Positions 1 to 12,480 of a DNA stretch of 64,000 nt are shown here, piece after piece. The translations under genes were made by a program, and so were the position numbers. The stretch's first letter is position 1. The number at the start of each line of letters is the position of its first letter. The stretch is from Eutreptiella sp. 'Long Island Sound 2002'. Taxonomy: Eukaryota; Protista; Euglenida. The notes beneath the pieces were generated by a model, which did no database searches, was not told the DNA's origin, and was given only the letters and a program-made list of their open reading frames with translations. Location of the stretch: positions 7,688,001 to 7,752,000 of the forward strand of contig OZ038379.1 in the NCBI GenBank assembly GCA_964036045.1, read 5' to 3'.

Positions 1-51
1 CCAAATTGGACCAAATATCAACCACCACCGTGCGGAAGTTTGTCGGAAATG

Positions 52-122
52 GCCCATACCCTAGTGGGTAAAGCAATGCCTCTGCAGCTGAAAGGTCATG
101 GGTTCAATCCCTAGTGCGGGCA
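52..122 (+). repeat. tRNA-like sequence (pseudo-tRNA or tRNA-derived SINE head)
   Basis: About 70 nt with an imperfect acceptor stem (GCCCATA/TGCGGGC), an A-box-like TAGTGGGTAAAGC and a B-box/T-loop GGTTCAATCCC. The D and anticodon arms pair poorly, so it is not called as a functional tRNA. Confidence 0.5.
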
Positions 123-225
123 ATCTGCAGGACCTGAGACAGGATTAGAGACACAACAACAAATTTTTTTTATGTTTTTCCCCCTTTTTTTTGTGCTTTG
201 ATTTTGTCCCCTTTGTTGGGGACCC

Positions 226-425
226 NNNNNNNNNNNNNNNNNNNNNNNNNNNNNNNNNNNNNNNNNNNNNNNNNNNNNNNNNNNNNNNNNNNNNNNNNNN
301 NNNNNNNNNNNNNNNNNNNNNNNNNNNNNNNNNNNNNNNNNNNNNNNNNNNNNNNNNNNNNNNNNNNNNNNNNNNNNNNNNNNNNNNNNNNNNNNNNNNN
401 NNNNNNNNNNNNNNNNNNNNNNNNN
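226..425. other. Assembly gap (200 N)
   Basis: Run of N in the sequence. Confidence 0.99.
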
Positions 426-839
426 GTGCCCCCCTGCCCTTCAGCTGGCCCCCCACCCCCCCACCCCCCGTCCCTAAAATTGGCTGGAAAGTGGGAGGGA
501 GTTGGCGTATGGCCCGTTGCCCCCCCCCCCCCCCCCCGGTTTTTACTGCCCACAAAAAGACCCATCAGATTGACTACTACAGGACAGCTTTGGTTGCAGA
601 TCAGAGCTGCACACCCACCCGGCACACAGTGAGATGGAAATGGGAAGCCTGTGTGCATTCATCTTCTTCCAGCAGGCTGGGAACCTGTTTTGGCGAAAAA
701 GCGGTCCGCCGATTTGTTCGCCGATTTGTTGGGATTTCTTCGCCGATTTCTGGGCTGAGTTGCACCCTATTACACAGCCCGGACAGCCCCTGTCCCAATG
801 TGTTGCCCCTCCAACAGTGACGGGGCGAGGGGCCTGCAG

Positions 840-888
840 ACCAGTCTCCCATGTCAGCGTCTGCTGAGGCTATGATGGCAGGCGCTGG
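840..888 (+). CDS. Putative internal exon of mitochondrial carrier (SLC25-like) gene
   Basis: Acceptor cctgcag|840 and donor gg|gtacag at 889. Encodes QSPMSASAEAMMAGAG, which resembles the start of a carrier odd helix (E..xAG.AG). Splices in frame to 1709-1775. Confidence 0.4.
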
Positions 889-1708
889 GTACAGTGGGGG
901 CTTTTGATTGGTGGTTTGGCTCTCGTCAATGCCAGAAGGGCCTCAGAGCCAAGGCAGGTGGAAAATTGCCCCGGGGGGGGGGGGGGGGGGGGGGGGGACA
1001 AACCCGGGGGGAGGGGGGGGGGTGCGAGTGGGGGCTCTTCGGTCAGGGGCCTTGAGTTTGGCCTTCTTTTGGCAAAATATGTTGCAATTTATTTTCATGG
1101 AAAAGGGGGCACATGACCACTTTTCTGACGCCCCTCGGCGCGCTGATTCCCAAAAAGCCAGTTTAATTTTTTTTGGTTTTGGTCCCCATGTCGGTCATGC
1201 AGACAGTCTACCCCCGTGATGGCCTGACAGAAGAGCCCACACCGCCCCTTTAATGTTTTGGTCGACACAACCCACCACCGATGGAGAAACAGAAACGGCG
1301 TACCAAAACAGCGGCTTGGTGGACCTTCACCCAAGGAAAGGGAAGGGAAGGGCAGCGAATGGCGATCGGCCAGTCCGCGCCGCCAGCTGCAGACGAGAAC
1401 AACAAATCCAAGGCGACATGCCAGATCCCCCCTTGGGGGTGGGGTCTTGAAAAAGGGGCTCATATGACCCCTCCCCCCCCCATGGAGCAATTTTCCACCC
1501 ACCCAACCACTGTGCGTTGCCCGGCGGCTGCCATGGACTGACTGCACACCACCGCACGCCTCCATCCTGAAATGGCTAAACACATCCCCTGAGCGCTCCA
1601 TTGACGCACATGCTTCCATGCAACAGGCACAACTTAAGCACTTTTTGAACCCCGTGCTCCATGCCCATGGGGAGCAGCAGGTCTGCCAATGGGGGGGACA
1701 CGTGTCAG

Positions 1709-1775
1709 ACATGCCACAGCCCGAGCGGGTGTGGCATGGGCCTGTGGGGCAATGGAGCGGATGAAGGTGCAGCGG
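1709..1775 (+). CDS. Putative internal exon of mitochondrial carrier gene
   Basis: Acceptor gtgtcag|1709 and donor cgg|gtggtg. Encodes (G)HATARAGVAWACGAMERMKVQR, with a degenerate Px[D/E]xx[K/R] motif (AMERMK). Phases are compatible with both neighbouring exons. Confidence 0.45.
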
Positions 1776-2438
1776 GTGGTGACTGGTCTGTGGGATCTTC
1801 CCCCCCGGACTTGTGTGTGTACTTGAAATGCTCCGAATGAAGTGGGGGATTCAGAAAGGCCATCAAGACCCGAATAACTCCCCTTCCACCACCCTTCCCC
1901 CCTCCAGACCCCCCTGCTCACACTGCGTGGGTTGGGGCCCGCAACTGAGCCGAACGCCCCCCCCCCCCCTGGTCTCAGCAGTTGGGGGACAAGTCTGAAG
2001 GCGACAAAACGGGAGGGACAGATGCGGCTGGGGCGGAACGAAGTGGTCATTTCACAGCAGGGAGTGGGCCAGTTGACTCCCCTTCTGCTTTGTACGCACT
2101 TGTTTGGGTTTTCAGGGGGCAATTAACAGTGGGGAAATGCGTGTCCAACCCGCAGGGACCGCTTTTGCAACCGCTCTTGAATCCCCCCTCCTGCAAGCTC
2201 TTTCCCCCTCAAGCGCATCCCTGCAGGGAACCTCCACTTGTTTGCCACAAAAGAATCAAAAGAACTCTCCCTCTGTCAGGCCAGCAGCCATTCCAACGCC
2301 TGTGGCCCAGCGGGGACGCCCTGCCCAACGCCTGGGGTGTGGTGAGCGTGGGATGCATGGATGCTGTGGCCAGATCTGCTTCTGCCTGTTGTGCCCAAAC
2401 TCGCCATCCCAGTGAGACTGTGGGCTGTTGCTGTGCAG

Positions 2439-2621
2439 GACGGTTTCAGCAAAGAACCGGACGACACCGGCGGCAACGTGGTGGCTGTCATGCAGGACAT
2501 CTGGCGCACGGAGGGCCTTAGGGGGTTCTGGCGCGGCGTGGTGGCCGGCAGCATCTACTACAGTGCATGGGCATGCCTGTTCTTTGGGACGTACGAGATT
2601 GTGGCCGCTGTCGTTGTGTGA
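2439..2621 (+). CDS. Terminal exon of mitochondrial carrier family (SLC25-like) protein
   Basis: Acceptor ctgtgcag|2439. Encodes DGFSKEPDDTGGNVVAVMQDIWRTEGLRGFWRGVVAGSIYYSAWACLFFGTYEIVAAVVV*, containing the carrier signature (I..xEG.RGFWRG) and the last TM helix ending FFGTYE. Confidence 0.8.
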   Translation, partial: DGFSKEPDDTGGNVVAVMQDIWRTEGLRGFWRGVVAGSIYYSAWACLFFGTYEIVAAVVV

Positions 2622-2676
2622 GGTATGGGCCTGGCGAAGGATGTTGGGCGGTGCCCTGCCGGCTTTGAGGAGCGAG

Positions 2677-2835
2677 AAAATCACCTCGAAGAGAGGTTGG
2701 TAGATCAAGTGCAGGCGCAGGCGTCGTGTACCCCCACTTTTTGGGGCCGTTCACGAAGCATACCCCAAGATATGGTATCAGACGTCTAACCCCTTGTAAA
2801 ATCATCATTTTGGAACAGAAAATGATCCCCCCATC
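2677..2835 (+). repeat. Dispersed repeat starting CACCTCGAAGAGAGGTTG (homologous to 33003-33160)
   Basis: About 155 bp align by eye with 33003-33160, sharing tcacctcgaagagaggttg..tagatcaag..ggcg..catacccc..aaccccttgtaaaatcat. Confidence 0.8.
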
Positions 2836-3559
2836 AATTCTTCAATTTGGACCGCCATATCCCCCCATACCCGGGTCCCCCATTTTCGGGGGGGGGGGCT
2901 CTATTGACCCACCCCCCTTCCCCCTCCCCCCAGTTGAAAACCCGACGTCCCGACGTCCCTTTGCGTGTGTGTACTGCACCCTCTGCGTTGTGTGTACTTT
3001 CGTGTGTCGCCAGCCCCTCAAACAGTCCTTCAGGGGGGTCGGGAACTGTTGGTGGCGCACCAGCGGCGATCGATGGCCGGCAGCCACCCGCAAGTGGCAG
3101 CCCATCGGCGACGATTGGCCGGTAACTGCCGGTAGTGGGCCTTCCCATGCCCGGGGACTGTCCTTTGCAGACAGAGAGCAGTGGTTGCGGGCAGTCTGTC
3201 TGGACAATCCAGGCCCATGGCATCCTTGAGCCACATCACAGGGCCCGACACAGCACACGGCGGCAAGGCAGGGCACAGAGCCATCCTTAAGACCGAAGGA
3301 AACCCAACAAACAACTGCCGGCCTCTGGTGGCCTCCGCAGAGCCAGCCGGCGAGTAGCTGCTGTTGGTCATCAGCCAACTGGCGTCAGGTGACCATCACC
3401 TGCCGTCAGTTGGGCGCAAACCTCCGTCAGTTGGGCATCCACCACCATTGCTTAACCAAATCCGCCACAGATCACCTCTGGCCGTCCTTCATGAGAACAA
3501 CAGAAAAGTTCAATTGCCTTCAGCAAGGCACCTCGAAGAGAGGGAAAAAATGGATTTTC

Positions 3560-3985
3560 AAAAAAAACATTCAGCTGCCACTAAAAAGCCTAAACAATAG
3601 CAATTTTGGGGCTTTCGGGGAACCCATGGCGCGGGCTACATGGGCCTAGCAGCTACTACATGGGTCCCTATGGGTGCTCAAGGAGTTGTATTGTCACCAA
3701 ATGATCACCCAAACCCATCCCAGGGGTGACGGAACATTTTTGGAAAAAGTCGAAGTTTGAAATTTTTTCAGGTGACACTAAACAACCTGGACAACAGCAA
3801 TTTTGGCGCTTTTGGGCAGCCCATGACGCGGGCTACAGGGGCCTAGCAGCTACCATGTGGGTCCCTATGGCTGCTCAAGTACCTGTAATGTCACCAAATG
3901 ATCACCCAAACCCATCCCTGGGGCGATGGAACATTTTCGGAAAATCTCATTGAAAACTTTTCAGGTGCCACTAAACAAGCCTATC
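3560..3985. repeat. Tandem repeat, ~197-bp unit, ~2 copies
   Basis: ATGATCACCCAAACCCATCC occurs at 3701 and 3898. The CACTAAA anchor recurs near 3578, 3775 and 3969. Confidence 0.85.
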
Positions 3986-6900
3986 CAGCGCAAAAACGGC
4001 TGAGTCCTCAGCGGCAAGGGCCCATAGGGGGGGGATGGGGCGGGGTTACCCGGAGTTTGGACCCGCAACCCCGCCATGGATTAGGGGGTCGATATACAAG
4101 AAAAAATTGTTCAGGCCCCGGGTCCAAATCGACACACAGCAGCTGCAATACACAAAGAACTTCTGACCCCCAAACCCCAACCCACCGAAACTTGGGGGGG
4201 GTCTAGGAAAGGGGCTCCATTGACAGGGTCATTGACCAGTCACCAGCCGAAGGCCCCAAAGATTTCTAGGGGGCTTCAACGGTCCATTTCATTTGCGTTG
4301 ACTACAAGCAAACAATGATTTTTGATGACTCCAAAGATGCCATTTTCAATGTTTTCCAGTTTTGGGGTCCGGATGACCTCCGGGGGCTGGCGGGGCGGTC
4401 CCGCTTGGAGTTTTGGGCTCCCCTCAATTGAGCCCTTTTTTGGGAGCCCGGGAGGTGTCCGGCTTGGGGGCTCCATGGACCCTCCATGCCCCCCCCCCCC
4501 CCCATCCTACGCGCACACCCCAACCAATGATGTGTTCTGATGTGTGTTTGAGAGCACCGGAGGGCGTGGTGGTGAGCTATTCGTCCCATTCCTCCTCAAC
4601 ACAAGTAGGGGATGTGTACATTTGTACATTCAAAGTGCTCATAGTGAGTGGAACGGTGATTTCAAAGAATGCCCCCAAACCCAGAAGTGTGTTGAACCCC
4701 CCCCCCCCCCCACCGACCCGGATCACGTTGCAGATGTTGGGATCTAGAACTAAACGAAACGTCCCATGCACCAGTTGTTTTCGTGTTGTTTTTTTTCGCG
4801 TGCTGCCCACACTAGAATTGGAGCACGTTCCCCCAGACCCCCCCCCCCCCCCGCTATACGGAGGGGGGGGGATTGCATGGGCTAATATGGGTCAGATACG
4901 GCTCAAAATAGCTAGGAACAACTTTGGAAAAGTCAGGACGATGTTTGCAGCCCTGCTTGAGTGTCGGATGTGGGGGTGATGCACGTTGCACAGGCTCTTT
5001 GTGCCCTCGTCCCGGGCACATCCACGCTCGTGCAAAGTGCAGAATGCGGCATCAAGGGGCAAGGGGGGGGGGTGGGAAATGGGCATAAGTACAAACACTC
5101 AAACCGCGGACTTCCACTTCAATTACCCATGCCAATAGGGCATTGAAGAGTGTCAATATGGAAATAGCTTGCAAGCAATCCCCTTCATAATTATTTATCA
5201 CCGTCAGGTTGCCCATGCTATCCATGGTAGTCAAACATAGCACAAGTGGGTGAAACTTGGGCCAGTAGCCAGTTCGGGGGGGGGGGGATTCCGTGTGCAA
5301 AACTGTGGGTTCGGCCCCCCTGCTGCTCGGCGCACGTGCTAGGGTAGGGTTACCAGGGTCACGTGCAGGTCAAGAACTGGTCAAAAATGCCCCCCCCCCC
5401 CCCTGACACGCTCCCCCGCCACCCATGGGTAAAGGGACAAGCGAGGGGAGACAACAGGACAGGGCAGACCGCGCTTGCCGAAAACGGTGTAGAGCGCAGC
5501 AGAAGGAGAAGGAAAGGACAAGAGGGAAAGAATCATTGTGGTTGTTAGAAGCCTCTGTCAGGAAAATTAACCCAGCATGGACTCGGAGTGTGCATCTGGA
5601 TGCACCTGGTCAACGGCACGGGCAACCAGCCTGTCTCCGGGACAGCCGACCCTGAAGTAGTCAGTAGGCCCTGGGGCTTCATGGACGCCTGCCTGACGTT
5701 CTTGATGCATCGTGAATGGCTCGGCAGAAGAGTCTGGGGTGCGGTGGAGACACATGACGGGGTGTGCAGCAGTACAGCACCGCAGACGAGCGGAGGAGTA
5801 CAGGCAAATGTTTGTAGGGTTGTGAGTACTGCCGACAGTGCATGGACGCTTGTGCCTGTAGGCCACAGATTCTGGGACGCTGTGTGTCTGGTTTCGCATT
5901 GCAGATTGGTGCACGTCTGAAGCCGACAACCTTCATGCAGGCCACACTCTGCCTGCAGCGTACCATCTGCTTGTAGACGCACACCATTTGCTGCAGTGCA
6001 CCATCTGCCTGGGACAGCGTCCCTATTGTGAGCAGCTTGGCAGGTGTCATGGGGCAGGGCAACCCACCTCCTTTCGCATACTGGACCCAAATATGCCTCC
6101 TGGCGTAGGCTTGGCTGCCCACTTATCCTGCCATTTCCTCCTCGAACATCAGGGGCCTGGGCCGTATCAGGCTCCGGCCCTCCCTAAGACGAGGTGCTGG
6201 ACTGAGAACTGCAAGGTCGTGTGTTCCAATCCTCCAAGTGGGATGCCGCTGTGTGGCATGGGCCATGGGGCCGCGTGCTGGCTGGTTCACCAGCAATCGC
6301 CCTGCGCACCAACGCTGATGGCTAGTAATGGGACGCTCCCGAGCCCCGCAGGGCCTAGTGGTGCTCACAAAGGCACTGATATTGGAGGCCGTCGGCTGTG
6401 GTCGGGTTCCTGTCCGCCGCCGCCTTTACGCCACGGCATCCGCCAACCCAGAGTCAACGCTTTGAATAAAGCACTGCCCACTGGCCTGGGGGGTGCCTTC
6501 GACAACCAGAACCTCCCCTTGACCCATGCCCGTACCGATTTCCCTCTTTGATATGTGGGGCGCTTGCCATCTTTTGAGACGCTCTTCCCCTCTGACCCCC
6601 CCACCCCCCCACCCCCACGGTGGACTGGGCTGGGTGCCCCAAGGCCCTTGGCCTGGGCGCCCTAGTCCTGAGGGCCTGACTGCGTTGTCTGACCGTGTGC
6701 CTTCACTGCGCCGCAGTTGTAGTATCTCTTCTACTGTGATTTGAGGTGATGGTCGGTTGGTTGGTTGGGTCAGGCCCATCATGGGCCTCTTGCTCTGTCC
6801 CCCTTTTGTTTGGCAGCCACCTCTGGTGGGTGTCTTGCGGTGCCAGGCGGCTGAGGCAGGACCGAGGTACAAGAACGCCTGTGTCGTGTGCTCGTGTGAA

Positions 6901-9900
6901 CGAGGGCACGTTCCGCACTGGGACTTCTATGCACTGTACGATACAGTGGCTCTCTATGTGTCCCGCGAATTCACGGTTCCGGAGTTGCAACTATTTTGAT
7001 GAGTGTAGTGTGCTGTAGGGTGCTGCGCCTTGGGACAGGTAGGGATCACGGATACGCTGGAGTTCGGAGATCGCCCGAGCACTTTACCTTTACCTACCTT
7101 TACCACCTCTGGTGGGGGGGACCCCACTCTGCCATAGGTTCCCCCAGGTTCCCCCATCACGGGCGTATTCCTGGGTTCCCCCGGGGGCCCAGCCGTGTGA
7201 TTTGAGGTGAGTGGACCACATTTGCACAGTGTTTGATGGTTCTGTCCTCCGTACTAGTCCTGGTGCGCCTTGACCGCACACCATCCTCTTTCCTACCGCT
7301 TGGTACACAAAGCACCACCCGTTTCGGGTGATTGGCAGTTCAATGAGCAATCAACTCTGCGTGGCCGCCCACCGTGGCTTGCCCTACAGCCCTGTTCAGT
7401 TGGTGCAGTGGGCCCGTTCTATGGGGCCCCGTAAGGGTGGGCCCACAAGACTAACAACGCGACGGTGCACGAGAGGGGGAGGGGAGGGCGCGTGGGAAGG
7501 CACGCCGCACCACCCCCCACGCACGCAACATCACCAGGCCATTGCTTAGTGTGGCGCCCCCCCGGGGGGGGGGGGGGGTTGGCACAAGGCCTCGGTATCA
7601 GTACCGGGGGAGGGGGGTCAGAGGCCAAAAAAAGTTTCTGAAATTCCTTAAATGTGTCTCAAGTTTCTGGTCCCTTTAATAAATGTCATTTTTGGCCGAG
7701 GAAAATTTTTTTCATGTGGGTGGGTGGGTGGGTCGGCCCGGGCTGGCCAGGGCCCCAAACGCCCCCCCCGCCCCCCACGCCCCTGGGGTCACCAAGCAAT
7801 AGCCTGAACACCACACATGAATCAAGCCAGAAATATGCCCTGACCCCACCTGCACCCAATTCAACTCGCGACGCCGTGGAGCGACGGCTTCGGTGATGCA
7901 AACGAGCCCCATCGATAGACGCCGTCCGTGGGCGTCGGTTGTGGTGAGCTCTGCACAGCCCCGCCGAGGCCCTCTCTCTGAGCCGGTGGCCCCTGACTCA
8001 AAAGACAACGGCCTTACGGGCTACAGCCCCGAATTTTTTTGCTGCACAGAGATGTGTCGCCCGATCCCTATGTCTCTGCACAGGCTTTGGGGTCTCGACC
8101 GCAGTGTCCCCTTGAGGGGCACCACAAATCGTAGGCATCTGTGTGAAGAGCAGGGCCCCTCGTCTAGTGTGCCCTCTGGAGCACCAGCACCGCCGCGATG
8201 GCATTGTGGTGCTCCGATGTGGGACGTACCCAGGCCTACGCTTCTTCATCGGCGATGGAGGCTTTTTGAGAAAGTAAAAAAAAAGATTGCCACAGTGGCA
8301 CGGGCCATGGCAACACGTCTGCGCATTCCATCTAATCTGCGTAGGGTACAAGTGACAGACATTGGAAGGGGCGTAGGGCTTCAGAGGAGACCAACGCCAC
8401 CACCTTTGGCCCCTTCATCCCCAACATTGTGGGGTGTGTTTGGAGTGGCCCAGATGCCTCAGATGTGGGCTGGTCAGGTAGAACTGACAGACATGAGAGG
8501 GGATGTAGGGCCTCAGAGCAGGACCAACGGCACCACATTCGGCCCCTCCCCAGCTTTTAGGGTTTAGGTTTGCTGGAGTGGCCGATGTGCCTTGTGTTGT
8601 GTGGGGTGGTGCCCGACGCCGTAGTGGTCTGGGGTGCCAGCCAAACACAGGGGGATGCCAATGTAGTGTCCCAAAGCACTGCTAGCAAACGGCAAAGGAT
8701 TGCACGGAATGGGTACGGTTGTATGCCCACTCATATATGGGCCCACACACCCGCCGGGCCCCTGGGGCTGCTGGGCCCACTTTATGAAGACCCTCCACAT
8801 GATGATGATGAAAGCAAAAAAAAAAAAAGAAAACCGCAGCGCCTTGTTTTCCCCGACTGGGCATCGGATGGCACTATGGGCAGCCTGCAAGCCCCGGTGA
8901 GAAGGAGGTGGGGGAAGCCATTGGTGCCCACGGAGCATGTTGTGCATTGCATTGCGCAGGTTGAACCCCAATTATGATGAGGCGTGACCTGATCGTAGTC
9001 GGGGACTGAGACCTCATCGTATCGTGCCCCCCCTCCCCTTTGTCCAGGATACTGCTGGCATTCATTGAGGTTACGTGCTCTGCATGTGCGATGCCCGGGG
9101 TGACGACCCTCGTCGGTTTTGTGGCCAAGATATGGCTTGTCCAAGATGCGAAGGGCGTACATTTGGGACCTCATTTTCACTCGGTCCCGGTCTGTAGATG
9201 TGGGCGAGGATGCTCCGTCTGTGTGCATTTCCGGTCGTTCTGCTGAGTCACGGTGGTTCTGTTGTCATTTGGCGGACTGGCCTCCATCCAATTGGCTCGC
9301 ACTCGTTTTGTTGTGGGGCGATGGCGATGAAATATAAGTGGCGCTGGAGCCGGTTTCGTCCAAGTGCCTCGACGATGCGGTTTTGGCTGCCACGTGTAAG
9401 GTGCACCCCGCCGAAGATACAGGAAGTGTAAGTCGCGCAGTAATTTGGGCCCTGGCCGTATCTTGGACCAGGCGGCTAGGGGGCCGTGGGAATGGCATGG
9501 GCTCAGGCGGCATCGGCGTGGCCGTTCCCAGTCCGAGACCATGTGCAAACCCCCGCAGTTGGACGCTGATTCCCGCCCCCGTCAGCCGAGGCCCATCGAG
9601 GGCGGGAGTGCTGGCAGGAGACTGCCATAGGACTCGGACGGTTATTTACACTGCGACTGTAGCTCGGTCTGTCCTGTGGTGCTCACGACCTTCTGCGTTG
9701 CGGCGCCATACAACGAGGACAAAAGACAGGAAGAGTGAAGGGGCCCTGCCTACTGCCAGTTTGCGACTTTTTATTCCTGTCACCCTTCGCTGCTGCGCGC
9801 ATTTCTGGCTGCATTCCTGGCCTCCAAACTTGTTTTAGCTGTGGGTTAATCTATCGGAGTGGGCGGCGTTAGCAAAGTGTGGTGTCTGCGTCATGCCAGA

Positions 9901-11647
9901 GCAGACAGCCGGGCATGGAAACTTTGTCTCATTAAGAATGACCCTCGTGCAATGCCACTCACCGCCCCCCCCTCCTTCACATCCAGATTTTCTCAGGAAT
10001 GTGCTGCATTGAGGGTATGGCTCAGTGCAATACAGCTGCACCTGACATATATATCGGTGGTGGCAGACGCAATTGGCGGGTGCGCCAGCTTCCGTAGCTT
10101 GTTTTATTCAACCCACAACACATCAACACGGCTCTCTGCCTTTTTTTATCACCCCTCATCCGCACTCCCCAGCCTGTCCTGTTCATGGCCCCACTTTGTC
10201 TGCGTGACCATGGTTATTTTGCAAACTTTCTGCAACTTTGTCACCAGCGTCCTTGACGGCATGGGCACCATAGGGGGTCGCAATTTGAGGGAGGGGTGGC
10301 GGGACCTTTTGACAGTCCTGGTTCTTTGCTGCATTCTTTTGGAGCATAGTGTGTGCTCTCCGCGTTGTGCGCAGGTGTGCACAACATACCAGACCTAAGC
10401 AGGAAATGATGACCCACCACTCCACACACTTGACCAGTCATACCATCTCAAGAGATGACAACTGTTATTGTCCTGTTATTTCATACCATACCCTCATGCT
10501 CACATCAAAGGGAGTATGGGTGTAGTGACATTCCCCACATTGTGCCTGCAGGTGAGCATGCTGTTTCACCTCGGGTGCCGCGGAAGTCAGCCACGGCCAG
10601 GTGAGCCAGAAGACGGCTCTGAGGGGTACCATTTGGTCGCCCCCGACAGCAAGTAGTGGGGCAGGATCAAAGGGCAAATTGAGGTCACACACCACCCCAA
10701 AGCCCAAGCTGTGGTGGGTGCGTCCCAGCTCAAAGAGCACGGCAAGCGAAGAAAGGGGACGGCCTTCCACATAGTGCAAGGTTTTGTACTACCGGACCCT
10801 ATTTCACGCCTCACTCTGCTCTGAGTATAAACCAGTGTCATGGAATATAGGTTGATGAGGATGCATCCGGAGAAGATGAGGACCTTAATGAATTCCGTTT
10901 TGGTGAATTTTCTTTGCTCTCAAAAGGTCATGGTGTTCATGAGTTATGCAGAATGGGATCTAGCAATGAATGTGCACACAGTGCCAACGCAGTGCACACA
11001 CAGCAGGCGTGCAGGGCATGGTTTCCCTGAAAGAGTGGAGCATCATCATCAGAGAATGAAGTCCACTTTCTTGGGGGTGGATTCCAAGGAGGGGCAAGAA
11101 GCATAGCTGAACACCCTAACACGTCTGAGGTTTGCTGTGCAGGATGCACGCTGTGCACAAGCTAAACACGCTGTGTGGGAACACTGTGCACAGATGCCCC
11201 TTCAAAAGTCATCCATGTCTACATAGCACTGGCTCCACAGGAAGCATGTGTAGTGAGAGCCGCTGCCACAGTGTATCGCTGTGTTAATGCACGGCACATT
11301 GCATTCCCCATCTTGTTGTTGCCTCTCTGTCTCGAGGGATGAGCAGGATGCGGGCACCAGGCCTGTAGTTGGTGGTCGTCCCACGCTAGGGGTGCTAGGG
11401 GCGGGGGGTCCGAGGCAATTCTGGGTGGGTGGTTGGGCTGGAACCCCGGGTGGGGGTAGGCCAATTCTGGGTGGGTGGGGTATGGGTCCTGGCGCCAAAG
11501 GCGCCGCAAAATATTTTTTTTGGCTTTTTGGGTGGGTGGGTGGGTGGGTGGGTGGGTGGGCTGGGTTGACCCCCCCGCTCCGTGTAGGTAGGCCAATTCT
11601 GGGTGGGTCGGTCAGCCGGAAATTGTGGGTCGGTGGGTGTCCCAATT

Positions 11648-11808
11648 ACCCCCCCCCCCCTGTGGTTAAGAACGGATGTGGCGGGCACTCATGGTGTGTC
11701 GGTAGTTGTATGTGTTGCACGTATGCTACAGCCTTGTCTAAGCTACAGTAGGCGTAGGGACTGTATTAATTTAGGACTTTTGCATCGCTTATACAGGGGG
11801 GGGGGGGA
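11648..11808. mobile_element. Short (~160 bp) derivative of the poly-C/poly-G-capped MITE-like family
   Basis: Begins with a C-run+TGT and ends with ACA+G-run. Interior gtcggtagttgtatgtg..ccttgtctaagctacagtaggcgtagggactgtattaatt matches the right part of the elements at 24013 and 61189. Confidence 0.7.
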
Positions 11809-12321
11809 ACAGCAGTTTTACCACTGGAGCCCAACATACACCAAGGATACCATCCTGGCACAGGAATCCCGGCTCAGGCAACCCAAGGACCCCCCCCCCC
11901 CTTTCCTGCGGAGGGCCCTCCAGGCCCAGGATGGTGCGGTAATGCTGCTGCCCGGGGTATGCAGGGTATCTTTTGGGCACTTTTTGTACTCCAGGGCATG
12001 TGCTGTGATGCAAAGAGGGACAGTAGGGAACCACATTCTGCTACATTTTAGTTCACAGTTTGTGTACTGCTTACAGGGGGGGAGGGGGACTTCGCGGCGG
12101 GAATTTTTCGCTGTGGGATATTTTGTGATTCAAATTCGTGAGAAATGGCACAATTTTCAGGGTGCTGTGCGAAATAAACCAGTGTTGAAGTTTAGCAAAA
12201 TTGCTTGTCGTACAGTTGCCTTTGCCACACGCTCAGCACTTGTAGACGGGGTACAGTCGAATTGTGTGGATATGAAGCCTCTCGCCGTTGATTCATCCCT
12301 TTGTTGCACAGTTGTTCATTC

Positions 12322-12480
12322 AAGAATTAACACCAACCTTCCAGGAAGTAACAGCAACCGTCCACGACTTAACAGCAACACATTAGGAATTTACAGCAAC
12401 CTCCAAGAATTAATGGCAAGCCACCAGGAAGTAACAGCGACGACTGGCAACTACAGCAAACCACCAGACAGCAAAATAGC
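12322..12480. repeat. Minisatellite, 20-21-bp unit (core AACAGCAAC), ~7 copies
   Basis: The units gaattaacaccaaccttcca / ggaagtaacagcaaccgtcca / cgacttaacagcaacacatta etc. are visible in tandem. Confidence 0.7.

Noticed and set aside
5500-7000. Short Cys/Trp-rich ORFs (e.g. CVVCSCERGHVPHWDFY) suggesting a retroelement 3' region
   Set aside because: Plausible but with no diagnostic motif, so left unannotated.
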